Assembly: GCA_937941245.1 (NCBI GenBank)
Contig: CALDYC010000019.1
Span: 4,708-68,707 of the forward strand
Source: an uncultured Acidimicrobiales bacterium
Lineage (GTDB): Bacteria; Actinomycetota; Acidimicrobiia; Acidimicrobiales; UBA10347
Length of the DNA: 64,000 bases
Direction of reading: 5' to 3'
Below the pieces are notes generated by a model that was not told the DNA's origin, did not search any database, and was given only the letters and a program-made list of their open reading frames with translations. Below, piece by piece: positions 8,688 through 19,315 of this stretch (positions are counted from its first letter, which is position 1; each line of letters begins with the position of its first letter). A program made the position numbers and the translations under genes.

Positions 8688-9539
8688 ATGGAAATCAAAA
8701 AGATTGCGGTGATCGGTGGCGGCACCATGGGCTCGGGCATCGCAGAATTGTGCGCCAAAGCCGGACTCGACACCATCGTCATCGAAGCAGACCCCGGCGC
8801 AGCCGAAGCTGCCCAGAGCCGCATCGGCCAGTCGATGGACAAAGCCGTTGCCCGAGAACGTCTGAGCGCCGAAGACCGCTCAAAAGCGGGCGACCTGTTG
8901 CGTTTCGAGACCGATCTCGAAACCCTCGCTGACCGTGACCTTGTAATTGAGGCAATCGTCGAAAACGAAGAGATCAAACTCGACCTGTTCCGACGTCTCG
9001 ATGCGATCACACCTGCGCATGCGATTCTTGCGTCGAACACCTCGTCAATTCCGTTGATCAACCTGGCAACAGCGACCAACCGACCCGGCCAAGTGCTTGG
9101 ACTGCACTTCTTCAACCCGGCAACGGTGCAGAAGCTCTGCGAACTCGTCGTGTCGATTGCGACCGACCCCGCCGCATTGGCCACAGCCGAGTCCTTCGCC
9201 CAGCAAACCTTGGGCAAAGAGACGATCATCAGCCAAGACCGAGCTGGTTTCATCGTGAACCGGCTGCTTGTGCCGTATCTGCTTCAGGCCATCAGCCTGC
9301 TCGACACCGGCCAGGTTAGCGCTGAAGACATCGACAACGGCATGCGCTTCGGTTGCGCACACCCGATGGGCCCGCTCACACTCTGCGATCTGATCGGCCT
9401 CGACACCATCGAGTCGGTAGCAGAAGTTCTGTACGAAGAGTTCAAAGAGCCAACATACGCACCGCCGCCACTACTCAAGCGCATGGTCGCGGGCGGGTTT
9501 CTTGGTCGCAAGACCGGGCGCGGCTTCTACGAATACTGA
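8688..9539 (+). CDS. 3-hydroxyacyl/3-hydroxybutyryl-CoA dehydrogenase
   Basis: True start is MEIKKIAVIGGGTMGSGIA (Rossmann fold). Also SNTSS and HFFNPA motifs. The upstream part of the track ORF overlaps ppiA on the opposite strand. Confidence 0.85.
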   Translation: MEIKKIAVIGGGTMGSGIAELCAKAGLDTIVIEADPGAAEAAQSRIGQSMDKAVARERLSAEDRSKAGDLLRFETDLETLADRDLVIEAIVENEEIKLDLFRRLDAITPAHAILASNTSSIPLINLATATNRPGQVLGLHFFNPATVQKLCELVVSIATDPAALATAESFAQQTLGKETIISQDRAGFIVNRLLVPYLLQAISLLDTGQVSAEDIDNGMRFGCAHPMGPLTLCDLIGLDTIESVAEVLYEEFKEPTYAPPPLLKRMVAGGFLGRKTGRGFYEY

Positions 9540-9566
9540 TTCGACGACACGCCGCCAAAACGGAGA

Positions 9567-9604
9567 CATGGTCGGCAGCCACCCCCCAGCAGCTGCCGAC
9601 CATG
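9567..9604. terminator. Perfect 13-bp stem hairpin between convergent genes (likely terminator of the purA-purB transcript)
   Basis: catggtcggcagc (9567-9579) pairs with gctgccgaccatg (9592-9604) around a 12-nt loop. On the minus strand it is followed by tctccgttttgg. Confidence 0.6.
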
Positions 9605-9705
9605 GAATAGGTGCTCCGTTAAACGGAACCCGTGTCTCTTACCTTAGGAGGACCGGGCAGCCATGCCACGCCGATGGGCATACCGGCCGCAATCATGTGC
9701 CGGTA

Positions 9706-9855
9706 TCAGCCCGCAATTCGACGACGTGATTCCGGGTCCGCTCGCAATCTGACCTGGGGCGGCACGGCGCGGCTCACGGTGCCCGAATCGCCGCACGACC
9801 AACATGCATCGGCGAGCAGGCCACGCCAGGTCACTTCGCATTGGGCGCACACCAT
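9706..9855 (-). CDS. Candidate 49-aa zinc-ribbon protein (CxxC-N13-CxxC)
   Basis: MVCAQCEVTWRGLLADACWSCGDSGTVSRAVPPQVRLRADPESRRRIAG. An AAAGG sits 6 nt upstream of the ATG. It lies between the purB stop and the 9567-9604 hairpin. It is short and unverified. Confidence 0.3.
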   Translation of the reverse strand: MVCAQCEVTWRGLLADACWSCGDSGTVSRAVPPQVRLRADPESRRRIAG

Positions 9856-9970
9856 TGTCGCCTTTGCGTTCGAGCGTCGCATGCTGTTCGTCGCCATCTG
9901 CGACACAGTAGGGATAGCCCACCAAGCCATCGCGGATACCACGTCAACCATCGACGCAGCCGGTCGAGGA

Positions 9971-11398
9971 TCAGAAGATGGGTGCTCCGTCGTACCCACG
10001 TGCCTGGGGGTAACGATCGCAGACCTCGCCAACACGAGCAACGACTCGGCTGATTTGGTCCGAAGCTCGACCGGCGAGAGAGCGAGGATCCGCGAGGATT
10101 GCCTGCAAGGTCTCGAGGTCCAACGACAGTCGGGGATCCGCTGCGAGACGGTCGATGAGGTCGTTCGTTGCACCGGCGTCGTTGCGCAGCGTCAGTGCTA
10201 CCGCCACGGCGTGGGTCTTGATGGCCTCATGTGCAGCTTCTCGGCCAGCGCCAGCGCGCACGGCCTCGGTCAGAACCCGTGTCGTCGCAACAAAGGGAAG
10301 ATAGTGGTCCAGCTCGCGTTCGATCACCGCGGGAAACGGTCCGAATCCGCCCAGCACACTGAATGTGGTTTCGAGCAATCCGTCGATCGCAAAGAACGCG
10401 TCGGGCAGTGCCACGCGACGTACGACCGAACAACTCACGTCGCCTTCATTCCATTGGTCACCAACCAGGCTCGAAATCATGGCTTGGTGACCACGAAGAA
10501 TCGACACAAAGCCGTTGATCCGCTCTGACGATCGAGAGTTCATCTTGTGTGGCATGGCCGACGAACCGACCTGGCCCTCAACGAAACCTTCGGTGACCAG
10601 GTCCTGGCCGGCCATAAGGCGAACCGTGGTGGCGAGGTTGGCCGGCGCCGACGCAATCTGCAGCAATGTGCTGACAACCTCGAGGTCCAATGAGCGTGGG
10701 TAGACCTGGCCCACGCTGTCAAGCGTGGCAGAAAACCCGAGCCGATCAGCAATCACTCGTTCTAGTTCATCGACCTTGACCGGGTCGCCGTCAAACAGAT
10801 CAATCAGATCCTGCTGGGTCCCCACCGGTCCTTTGAGCCCTCGAAGCGGGTATCGCTCGATCACGGACTCGAGATGCCCGAACGCACTCAACAGCTCATC
10901 TGCAACGGTGGCAAATCGCTTGCCGAGGGTGGTCACCTGTGCAGCGACATTGTGAGAGCGACCAACGATCGCCTGGTCTCGGTGCTGGTCGGCCAACCGT
11001 GCCAACCGGTCGAGGACAGCCACAACCCGGTCTCGAATCAGAACCATCGACATGCGGATCTGCAGTTGTTCGACATTTTCGGTCAAGTCGCGCGATGTCA
11101 TTCCTTTGTGGATGTGCTCGTGACCGGCAAGGGCGCAGAACTCTTCGATACGGGCCTTGACATCGTGTCGAAGCTCTCGGTCGCGGCGATCGATCGATGC
11201 AAGGTTGACGTCATCGACAACTCGTCGATAGTCGGCGATGACCTGTTCGTCCACAGTCAGGCCGAGTCGATGCTGCGCTTCGAGCACCGCTATCCACAAT
11301 TCGCGTTCCAACCGGACTTTGCCGGTTCGGGACCAGATTGCAATCATCTCGTCGGTCGCGTATCGCTCGGCGAGGACGTTGGTAACTACCTCAGACAT
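9971..11398 (-). CDS. purB: Adenylosuccinate lyase
   Basis: 475-aa fumarate-lyase superfamily protein containing GSSAMPHKMNSRSSE (the signature SSxMPxKxN). It is adjacent to purA. Confidence 0.95.
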   Translation of the reverse strand: MSEVVTNVLAERYATDEMIAIWSRTGKVRLERELWIAVLEAQHRLGLTVDEQVIADYRRVVDDVNLASIDRRDRELRHDVKARIEEFCALAGHEHIHKGMTSRDLTENVEQLQIRMSMVLIRDRVVAVLDRLARLADQHRDQAIVGRSHNVAAQVTTLGKRFATVADELLSAFGHLESVIERYPLRGLKGPVGTQQDLIDLFDGDPVKVDELERVIADRLGFSATLDSVGQVYPRSLDLEVVSTLLQIASAPANLATTVRLMAGQDLVTEGFVEGQVGSSAMPHKMNSRSSERINGFVSILRGHQAMISSLVGDQWNEGDVSCSVVRRVALPDAFFAIDGLLETTFSVLGGFGPFPAVIERELDHYLPFVATTRVLTEAVRAGAGREAAHEAIKTHAVAVALTLRNDAGATNDLIDRLAADPRLSLDLETLQAILADPRSLAGRASDQISRVVARVGEVCDRYPQARGYDGAPIF

Positions 11399-11413
11399 GA
11401 TCGATCAACCGTT

Positions 11414-12727
<1,314 letters not shown>

Positions 12728-12774
12728 TTATCCGTCACCGGTGAATCACTTCCAACGCTTTGCGCACAAAACGA

Positions 12775-12809
12775 GGCAATGGACCAGAACTGAGCTCTGG
12801 TCCATTGCC
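12775..12809 (-). terminator. Intrinsic terminator downstream of the surface-protein gene
   Basis: Perfect 14-bp stem: ggcaatggaccaga (12775-12788) pairs with tctggtccattgcc (12796-12809). On the minus strand it is followed by tcgttttgtg. Confidence 0.65.
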
Positions 12810-12859
12810 ATCGTGTAGTTGGAATCCTTCGGCGGACGCCGATCAGACCACTGCGTTAC

Positions 12860-15800
12860 TCAGATGTCGTACTCGTCACGCCCGCGACGTGCACCGACAA
12901 ACAACAGTCCGCCGGCACCCATCATGACCATCGCAAAGGCTGCAAGCTGGTTTGCGTTTGAACCAGTAACCGCAAGTGGAGGGGTGTCAATCTGTAGGAC
13001 CGGATCGGGGTCTGGAACATTCTCAGGCTGTGAGGTGGTGTACGGACCGGTGTACGGCTCTTGTGGTGCGTAGGTCACAAATGACGGGATGACGATCGGC
13101 GTCGGATCATTCTCACCCGGTTCGTTTGGTCGACTATCGCCGTCAGGATCTGGATTGGTCCCGTCGTCAGCCACATCGCTGGTAACCACACCCTCGGGGC
13201 CGGTACCAGTAACCGTGGCAACGTTGTTGTAGGTCTTGCCTGGGATCAAGCCTGCGCTGATCACGACATCCCACACTGCGCTGCACGAAGCCCCAACAGC
13301 AAGTGTCGCGGTACCAGTAGCGGCAGTGGTTGAACAATCACCTGCAGCATTTGGAACCGGTCCCGACACAACCGATGCGTCGGGAGCGAACACGCTGGCG
13401 AAGTCATCGGACAACTCGATGTTGTCGAGGGCGACGGGGCCGAGGTTCTCAATAACGAAGCTGAACTGCATCGAGAACGTGCCGTCCGCGTTACGAGTCG
13501 GTCCACCGGTGAGGTCCTTCGACAGACCAATGACTGGTCCAACTACGAAACCAGCGTCGACCGTCTCGTTGAACTCGCCAGGGGCGAGTGTGTAGACACC
13601 GGTAATACCGGTTGTTGGGTCGGCATCGCTGTCGAAGCCATCGTCACCGCTGTTGGCGGTTGTGAGCTGACGCCCGCCTGGATCAACGAACTCAACGGTG
13701 TAGTCACCTGGCTGGAGATCCTCGACGAGCCAACCGCCATTTGCATCGGTTGTCGTTGTTCCCGCAAGGTTGCCGGCACTGTCGTAGACGTTAACGGTTA
13801 CGCCCTGCAGGCCCGGCTCGCCAGCATCGAGCTGACCATTTTCGTTGAGGTCTTCCCAGACAACGTTGCCGATTGAGGCCAGCTCAACCAGCCCAGCGTC
13901 AATCGTGAGATCGTCACCGTTGCTGATCGACACGTTGTACGTGCCGGTGACGCCAGTGCCTTGGTCAACATCGGAATCGTTCGCGTCAGTTGAGCCTGCC
14001 GCATCTTGGATCGTGAAGTCATAGATCGTCGTGTTGACGAACTGCACGCTGTAGACGCCAGGAGCAATATCGACGCCCCACTCGCCGTTCGCATCGGTTG
14101 TATCGGAGGCGACCACCGCACCGGTGCTATCGAGCACCTGAACGAGTACGCCTTCGACGCCTGGTTCGTCGGTGTCTTGAATGCCATCACCGTTGGTATC
14201 AAGCCAGACAAAGTCGCCAATCATCACCGTCTGGTCATCGTCGAAGATGATGCCAGCGTCGATGGTCGGATTGTCCGTCTCGCTGATGGTGTAGACGTCG
14301 GTGAATCCAGCAGTTGCTCCAGTTGGTGCAACATCTGAGTCATTGGCGTCGGTCGATCCAGCGGCATCAGGCGTCGTGAACTCGGCATTCGCTGGGATGA
14401 CGACCAGAACCCGGTACGTACCTGGTTCAACCTCGAGCATCCACATGCCGTCGGCGTCGGTCACAACTTCGACCGGATCGAGGCCAGCGATCAAGTTTCC
14501 ATCTGCATCGACCATGTAGACCAAGACAGAGATGCCCTCGATACCAGGCTCACCTGGATCTTGGATGCCGTTACCGTTGAGGTCCTCCCATACGAAGTCA
14601 CCGATCTTTACACCACCAGGTGGTGTAACACCTGCGGTGTCCTCATCGGTTGGGACATCGTTGCCGTCGTTGTCCTGACCGCTGATGACAGCGGTATTGG
14701 TCTCGGGCGAGGCGAGCACGGTGCGGGGATAGTTGAACAAGTCCTCCGCTCCGGCAGCGAGTACGCCATCGGTGCCAACCGCAGTTGGGCCATCAAGGAA
14801 TGTGTCGTTGACAACGGTGTTGATCGAGTCGCCTGCGCCGGTGTTTCGCACATTGACGCAGTACACGACCGCCGCACCAGCAGCTGCTTCGATGGTGTCG
14901 TTACCGGGATTACCCGCAACTGCCAGGGCGGCTGCGAAGTCGGCTGGGCAGTCAGCAGCATCAAGCACCACCGTCTTGAGGATGTTGAGGTTTGGTTGGG
15001 CGGTCGGTCGAACACCTGCGGTATCGCTATCGACTTCTACCTTTGGGTCACCGGGATCGCCATTTGGGTCATCCATCTGGATCGTCGCCGTGTTCGTCTG
15101 TGGCGACTCGGTCGTCACGAAGATGAAGGCAAAGCCGGCTTGTTCCCCGACGCCCACCGTTCCGAAATCTCGTGGACTATCAGGATCGAAAGCATCGACA
15201 ACTTGGACGCCGTCTGCAGGTCCCTCTCCGTTGTTGATGAAGTTGATGCAGTAGACGACAGGGTCACCGACCTGGGCCGGAATCGTGTCTTCGCCGGGGT
15301 TACCAACAACCGCTAGAGCCTCGGCATAGGTGGCCGGGCAATCATCAGCGGAGGTGACGACCGTCTTGAGGATTTCAAGAGCTGGCGCTGGATCGACGCC
15401 AGCGACATCGGTGACTGGATCAATATCGACACCATCACCGTCTTGACCCGTCACCGTTGCAGTGTTCGTTGACGGTGGTGTTGCAGCTGCTTCGTAGTCG
15501 AACGCGAATTCTTCATCAGAGACCAGCTCGCCATCGATCGGAGCTTGCGGTGAGTCCGGATCCTCAGGATCGGCAACTGAGACATTGGTCGCCGTTCCTA
15601 ACCCGGTGTTAATCACGTTGATGCAGTACTTCACCATTGTTCCGGCAGCGACGACTAGTGCGTCACGTCCTGGGTTGTCTGGGATAGCGAGTGCGGCCGC
15701 GAAGTCTGCTGGACAGTCCTCACCAGGCAGCACGATCGTCTTCAGAATGTCGAGAACAGGTGGCTCGGTCGGAATCTCGATCGGGGTGCGGATTGAGTCG

Positions 15801-17143
15801 TCTTCAGGATCAACGTTGGGATCGTTGTCGGGGTCAACGTCAGGACCGTCTTGGGAGATATCGGTCACCGTCTGCCCGAACGGATCAGTGCCCTCAACAG
15901 TCGCGGTGTTGTAGTAGACGGTGTTTGGAAGCAGACCTGCATAGGTCACGATGACGGTGATCGTGCAGGTTGCATCGATCAACAAATCATCGCCGGGGAC
16001 CACACAGTCGTTCGAAACTTCTGGTGGTGGATCGTTGACCACTGTGATCGATGGGTCGGGGACGTCGCCGATGTCTTCGTCGTTGAGATAGAGGTCGAAC
16101 GGGTCGGTGAGAACAATGTTGTCGAGTGGAAGTGCGCCGGTGTTCTCGACCACGAATGTGTATTCGACATCCCAGTTGGCGCCGTTGCGAGTCGGTCCGT
16201 CGGTAACTCGCTTGGCGAGACCGATTTCAGGGAACGCGCAGTCGACCGATTCGAAGTCGGTCTTGACCGGGTCGCCGACCGCGCCGAGGTCGATGATGAG
16301 CGCAGTGTTGGGCGCTGCTGCGGGAACCACTTGGTACAGGCTGTCGGTGGCATCTTCACCGGTCGTGATGAACAGGTTGCCCTCACCGTCGGTGCCAAGA
16401 CCTTCGACGTCAAGCTCGGTCGGAACTGTTCCGCTAATTGTTCCGTCAGCCAAGTTGAGAATGGACAACGAGCTCGGCGCTGCTGCCTGGCCAGTCACCG
16501 TGTGACTGATGTACACACTGTTGGTCGACGGAAGCCACGTCGCTCCCTCAACACTCTCGTTGGCTGGAACCGCGATCAGGATCGGCGAGCCGATGAGTGC
16601 ACCGGTCGCTGGGTTAATTTGGATGAGCGATGCTGTGGTTCCCTCGTCGAGCACCATCCACAGCTCGTCGTTGGCGAGATTGCCATCTTGATCGTTGACC
16701 CAGAACATCGCATCGATGTCGTCGCTCAGAATGAGGTCATCGTTGAGGTCATCGTCTGTCCAGATCGCGGTGCCGGCACCGGTCGCTGGATCGATCTCGT
16801 AGAACGTGTTGGTACTTGGATCAAAGGTGTAGATCGCACCGGTCTCGTTCAACAGCGCGATCGACTCGGCCTCACCAGTCGTCGCTGCGTTGAACAACCC
16901 GTTGTTCGTCGCAGTCGCAGCAGGAACATCGACCTGGAACAAGCTCTGGTCAGTGCCCGTCGCCTGATCAAGGGAGAAACACACCGTTTCTGCTTCGATC
17001 GGCGGCAGTCCCTGAGCAGCAGCTGGATCAGCCGTCGCCCCAAGAATAAGTGCCGTGGCCATCATCGACAGCGCAATAGCTGCAGCGATAACCGTTCGTG
17101 TGCGTCGAGTTCGTCCCTGTGATGGGGCTGCGTCGTACATCAT
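12860..17143 (-). CDS. Large cell-wall-anchored surface protein (LAxTG sortase substrate; SdrD/Cna-B-like and DUF11-like repeats)
   Basis: Start at ATG 17143 (MMYDAAPSQGRTRRTRTVIAAAIALSMMATALILGATADPAAAQG is the signal peptide), with GGAGAA 8 nt upstream. The C-terminus is LAVTG (12962-12976), a hydrophobic segment, then RRGRDEYDI. It contains four GDFVWEDLNGNGIQD.GEPG.EGV modules, three ~110-aa L.ILKTVV..DCPA.FA.ALA..GNPG....YC.N..N.G repeats, and two DUF11-like modules (GLAKRVTDGPTRN...FVVENTG; GLSKDLTGGPTRN...FVIENLG). Confidence 0.85.
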   Translation of the reverse strand: MMYDAAPSQGRTRRTRTVIAAAIALSMMATALILGATADPAAAQGLPPIEAETVCFSLDQATGTDQSLFQVDVPAATATNNGLFNAATTGEAESIALLNETGAIYTFDPSTNTFYEIDPATGAGTAIWTDDDLNDDLILSDDIDAMFWVNDQDGNLANDELWMVLDEGTTASLIQINPATGALIGSPILIAVPANESVEGATWLPSTNSVYISHTVTGQAAAPSSLSILNLADGTISGTVPTELDVEGLGTDGEGNLFITTGEDATDSLYQVVPAAAPNTALIIDLGAVGDPVKTDFESVDCAFPEIGLAKRVTDGPTRNGANWDVEYTFVVENTGALPLDNIVLTDPFDLYLNDEDIGDVPDPSITVVNDPPPEVSNDCVVPGDDLLIDATCTITVIVTYAGLLPNTVYYNTATVEGTDPFGQTVTDISQDGPDVDPDNDPNVDPEDDSIRTPIEIPTEPPVLDILKTIVLPGEDCPADFAAALAIPDNPGRDALVVAAGTMVKYCINVINTGLGTATNVSVADPEDPDSPQAPIDGELVSDEEFAFDYEAAATPPSTNTATVTGQDGDGVDIDPVTDVAGVDPAPALEILKTVVTSADDCPATYAEALAVVGNPGEDTIPAQVGDPVVYCINFINNGEGPADGVQVVDAFDPDSPRDFGTVGVGEQAGFAFIFVTTESPQTNTATIQMDDPNGDPGDPKVEVDSDTAGVRPTAQPNLNILKTVVLDAADCPADFAAALAVAGNPGNDTIEAAAGAAVVYCVNVRNTGAGDSINTVVNDTFLDGPTAVGTDGVLAAGAEDLFNYPRTVLASPETNTAVISGQDNDGNDVPTDEDTAGVTPPGGVKIGDFVWEDLNGNGIQDPGEPGIEGISVLVYMVDADGNLIAGLDPVEVVTDADGMWMLEVEPGTYRVLVVIPANAEFTTPDAAGSTDANDSDVAPTGATAGFTDVYTISETDNPTIDAGIIFDDDQTVMIGDFVWLDTNGDGIQDTDEPGVEGVLVQVLDSTGAVVASDTTDANGEWGVDIAPGVYSVQFVNTTIYDFTIQDAAGSTDANDSDVDQGTGVTGTYNVSISNGDDLTIDAGLVELASIGNVVWEDLNENGQLDAGEPGLQGVTVNVYDSAGNLAGTTTTDANGGWLVEDLQPGDYTVEFVDPGGRQLTTANSGDDGFDSDADPTTGITGVYTLAPGEFNETVDAGFVVGPVIGLSKDLTGGPTRNADGTFSMQFSFVIENLGPVALDNIELSDDFASVFAPDASVVSGPVPNAAGDCSTTAATGTATLAVGASCSAVWDVVISAGLIPGKTYNNVATVTGTGPEGVVTSDVADDGTNPDPDGDSRPNEPGENDPTPIVIPSFVTYAPQEPYTGPYTTSQPENVPDPDPVLQIDTPPLAVTGSNANQLAAFAMVMMGAGGLLFVGARRGRDEYDI

Positions 17144-17378
17144 CCCGATGTTCTCCGTTCTGGGTGGATCTCCTGTGAGGATCTCCGGAAGGTGTGGTTG
17201 GATTCGCAAAGACTCGGTTCGTGCTCGGCGACCAGTTGATGGCGCGAGCCTCTGATGTCTTCCCACGTGGTATTCGACAATCGTGTCGATGGTAGCTCAC
17301 CACACTCGCCTCAGACACTATTCAAGCGCAACAGTCTCGGGTGCTCACACAGAGTGGTTTGACACGCGCGGCTCGGGT

Positions 17379-17732
17379 TCAGCCCGATGGTTTCTCGTCG
17401 CTGGCCGATTGCGATTCCGCGATCGGAACGAGTGCTGTGCTTCGGCGCTCCTTCGTCAACTCATCGCACTGGCGACGAACGATGCGCAGTTCTTCTTCTA
17501 GGCGCATGACCATCGCCACGCCAGCGAGCGTCAACCCTTGAGACGTGAGTTCTTGAACCCGGCGGATGCGATCGAGGTCGACCTCGCTATATCGCCTACT
17601 CATGCCGCCAGTGCGCGCAGGAGCGATAAGGCCCTTTCGTTCATAGACCCGAAGCGTCTGTGGGTGCACGCCAGTGAGCTCGGCAGCAATCGAAATGATG
17701 TAGACGGCGCGGTGTTTACCGGTTGTGTCCAT
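17379..17732 (-). CDS. hspR: MerR-family heat-shock repressor HspR
   Basis: YIISIAAELTGVHPQTLRVYERKGLIAPARTGGMSRRY is the HTH. It is the last gene of a dnaK-grpE-dnaJ-hspR operon. Confidence 0.85.
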   Translation of the reverse strand: MDTTGKHRAVYIISIAAELTGVHPQTLRVYERKGLIAPARTGGMSRRYSEVDLDRIRRVQELTSQGLTLAGVAMVMRLEEELRIVRRQCDELTKERRSTALVPIAESQSASDEKPSG

Positions 17733-17754
17733 CAGTGTGTACCGGTGGCGTTCA

Positions 17755-18666
17755 TCAGTGGGGGAACAGGTGATCTCGCGGTGCCCCTGCGTGCAGGTCG
17801 GCCCATGCTTCGAGTGCTTTACGTTCTTTCGACGACAGATTGGTTGGCACCGCTAGGTGCACATGCACCAACAAGTCGCCCGGCCCGTCTCCAAGGTCAG
17901 GACCCGCTCCTTTGACTCGCATGGTGCGTCCGTGTTGCGTGCCTGCCGGGATGCGCATCTTGACTGTCGAACCTTCATATGTCGGAAGCTCGATGTCGGC
18001 CCCAAGTGCTGCTTCGGCAAAGGTCACGGGCAGCTTCAAAATGAGCTTGTCACCATCGCGATCAAACACATCGTGTGGACCAACGGTGATCGACACCAGA
18101 AGGTCACCTCGCGGGGACCCGGGTCCGCCCTTCTCGCGCAGTCGCAATTGTTGACCTTGGCCAACCCCTGCTGGAATTCGCAGATTCACGGTTCGGGGCC
18201 CATCGGGGCCTGCGACGCTGATCGAAGTGGTCGCTCCGCGGACTGCTTCGTCGAAGGTGATCGTTAGCCGAGCTGACTGATCGCGCCCTGGACGCTGACG
18301 GGGTTGGCCCTGCTGACCAAATCCTCCCATGAACGAACCAAGTAGATCGGAAATGTCCGCCCCGCCGAATCCCACATTTTGGCCGTTCGCGCCGCCGGCC
18401 CCGCTGAACACGGATCCCATTGGACCCATGCGACGGGCTTCGTCGTACTTCCTTCGCTGATCTTCATCGCCGACTACCTCGTAGGCAGCAGCGACCCCCT
18501 TGAAACGTTCCTCTGCCGCGGGATCGTCAGGGTTGGTGTCAGGGTGGTACTTGCGGGCGAGCTTGCGATAGGTGCTCGTGATGTCCTTTTGCGACGCTGT
18601 CTCGGGAACGCCGAGCACCTTGTAGTAGTCGGTGTCGAACCACTCACGTTTGATGTCGCCATTCAT
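17755..18666 (-). CDS. dnaJ: J-domain co-chaperone, class B (CbpA-like; no Cys-rich zinc-finger domain)
   Basis: J domain [12 protein letters not shown]...KYHPDTNP, a G/F-rich linker and C-terminal substrate-binding domains. The 303-aa protein contains no cysteine at all. Confidence 0.85.
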   Translation of the reverse strand: MNGDIKREWFDTDYYKVLGVPETASQKDITSTYRKLARKYHPDTNPDDPAAEERFKGVAAAYEVVGDEDQRRKYDEARRMGPMGSVFSGAGGANGQNVGFGGADISDLLGSFMGGFGQQGQPRQRPGRDQSARLTITFDEAVRGATTSISVAGPDGPRTVNLRIPAGVGQGQQLRLREKGGPGSPRGDLLVSITVGPHDVFDRDGDKLILKLPVTFAEAALGADIELPTYEGSTVKMRIPAGTQHGRTMRVKGAGPDLGDGPGDLLVHVHLAVPTNLSSKERKALEAWADLHAGAPRDHLFPH

Positions 18667-18673
18667 TGCTGAT

Positions 18674-19315
18674 TCAGCCCTGCACCTTGACCATTGCGGG
18701 GCGGATCACCTTGTCGTTCCAGAGGTAGCCAGCACGAAGGGTCTCGGCGACCGTTGGTTCACCTTCACCATCTTCATGCATGACTGCATCGTGGAGCTCA
18801 GGATCGAACGGCTTACCGGTCGATTCAAGACGGCTCAGTCCTTGCGCAGTCAACGTGTCAGAGAGCATCGATGCAATCGGTCCGACCGCATCGATGCCTT
18901 GTCCCAGAGCGGCATCGCAACTGTCGAGGATCGGAAGCAGTTTGTCCACCAGGTCAGCAGCTGCCTGTTTACGAAGCGTTGCTGCCTGTTCTTCGTTGCG
19001 TCGGCGGGCGTTGGAGAACTCGGCCTTGAGTCGCTGAAGCGCGTCGAGGTACTCATCGCGCTCGGCAATCAGACTGACCACCATCTCCTCAGAGACATCG
19101 CCCAACACCTCATCGTCATTGACCTGATCACTCACTGCGGCATTGACCTGATCACTCACTGCGGCGTCATCGTCATGGTCGGCGTCTACCAGTTCAGCGT
19201 CTACCAGCTCAGCGTCTACCAGCTCAGGGTCGACAATCTGATCCTCGGCCACGATGGCGTCGGCGACATCCGTCTCGCTCGGTGACGGTTCCTGGGTGGG
19301 GTCGGCGTTCATCAT
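18674..19315 (-). CDS. grpE: Nucleotide exchange factor GrpE
   Basis: The C-terminal GrpE core (FDP.LH.A......) lies between dnaK and dnaJ. There is a 4-nt overlap with the dnaK stop. Confidence 0.9.
   Translation of the reverse strand: MMNADPTQEPSPSETDVADAIVAEDQIVDPELVDAELVDAELVDADHDDDAAVSDQVNAAVSDQVNDDEVLGDVSEEMVVSLIAERDEYLDALQRLKAEFSNARRRNEEQAATLRKQAAADLVDKLLPILDSCDAALGQGIDAVGPIASMLSDTLTAQGLSRLESTGKPFDPELHDAVMHEDGEGEPTVAETLRAGYLWNDKVIRPAMVKVQG
19117..19230 (-). repeat. In-frame tandem repeats in the grpE 5' region (2 x 24 bp, then 3 x 15 bp)
   Basis: cattgacctgatcactcactgcgg occurs at 19117-19140 and 19141-19164. gcgtctaccag[tc]tca occurs 3 times at about 19182-19226. Together they encode AAVSDQVN x2 and ELVDA x3. 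Confidence 0.85.

Noticed and set aside
9567-9604. Possible 6C sRNA, because the plus-strand hairpin loop is caccccccagca with six consecutive C.
   Set aside because: As I recall, the 6C motif has two hairpins, each with a C-rich loop, and only one is present here. The U-rich tail is on the minus strand, where the loop is G-rich. This fits a terminator for the purA-purB transcript better.
15851-17122. 423-aa plus-strand ORF antisense to the surface-protein gene. Similar long antisense ORFs occur at 25265..26413 (+), 37323..38336 (+), 21859..22692 (-), 30658..31560 (-), 46188..47015 (-), 8561..9253 (-), 1326..1934 (+) and 59142..59948 (-).
   Set aside because: Each lies entirely opposite a gene with clear family motifs. 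Their translations are Arg/Ser/Pro/Ala-rich with no recognisable motifs. Stop-free antisense frames are expected in ~60% GC DNA. I treat them as shadow ORFs.
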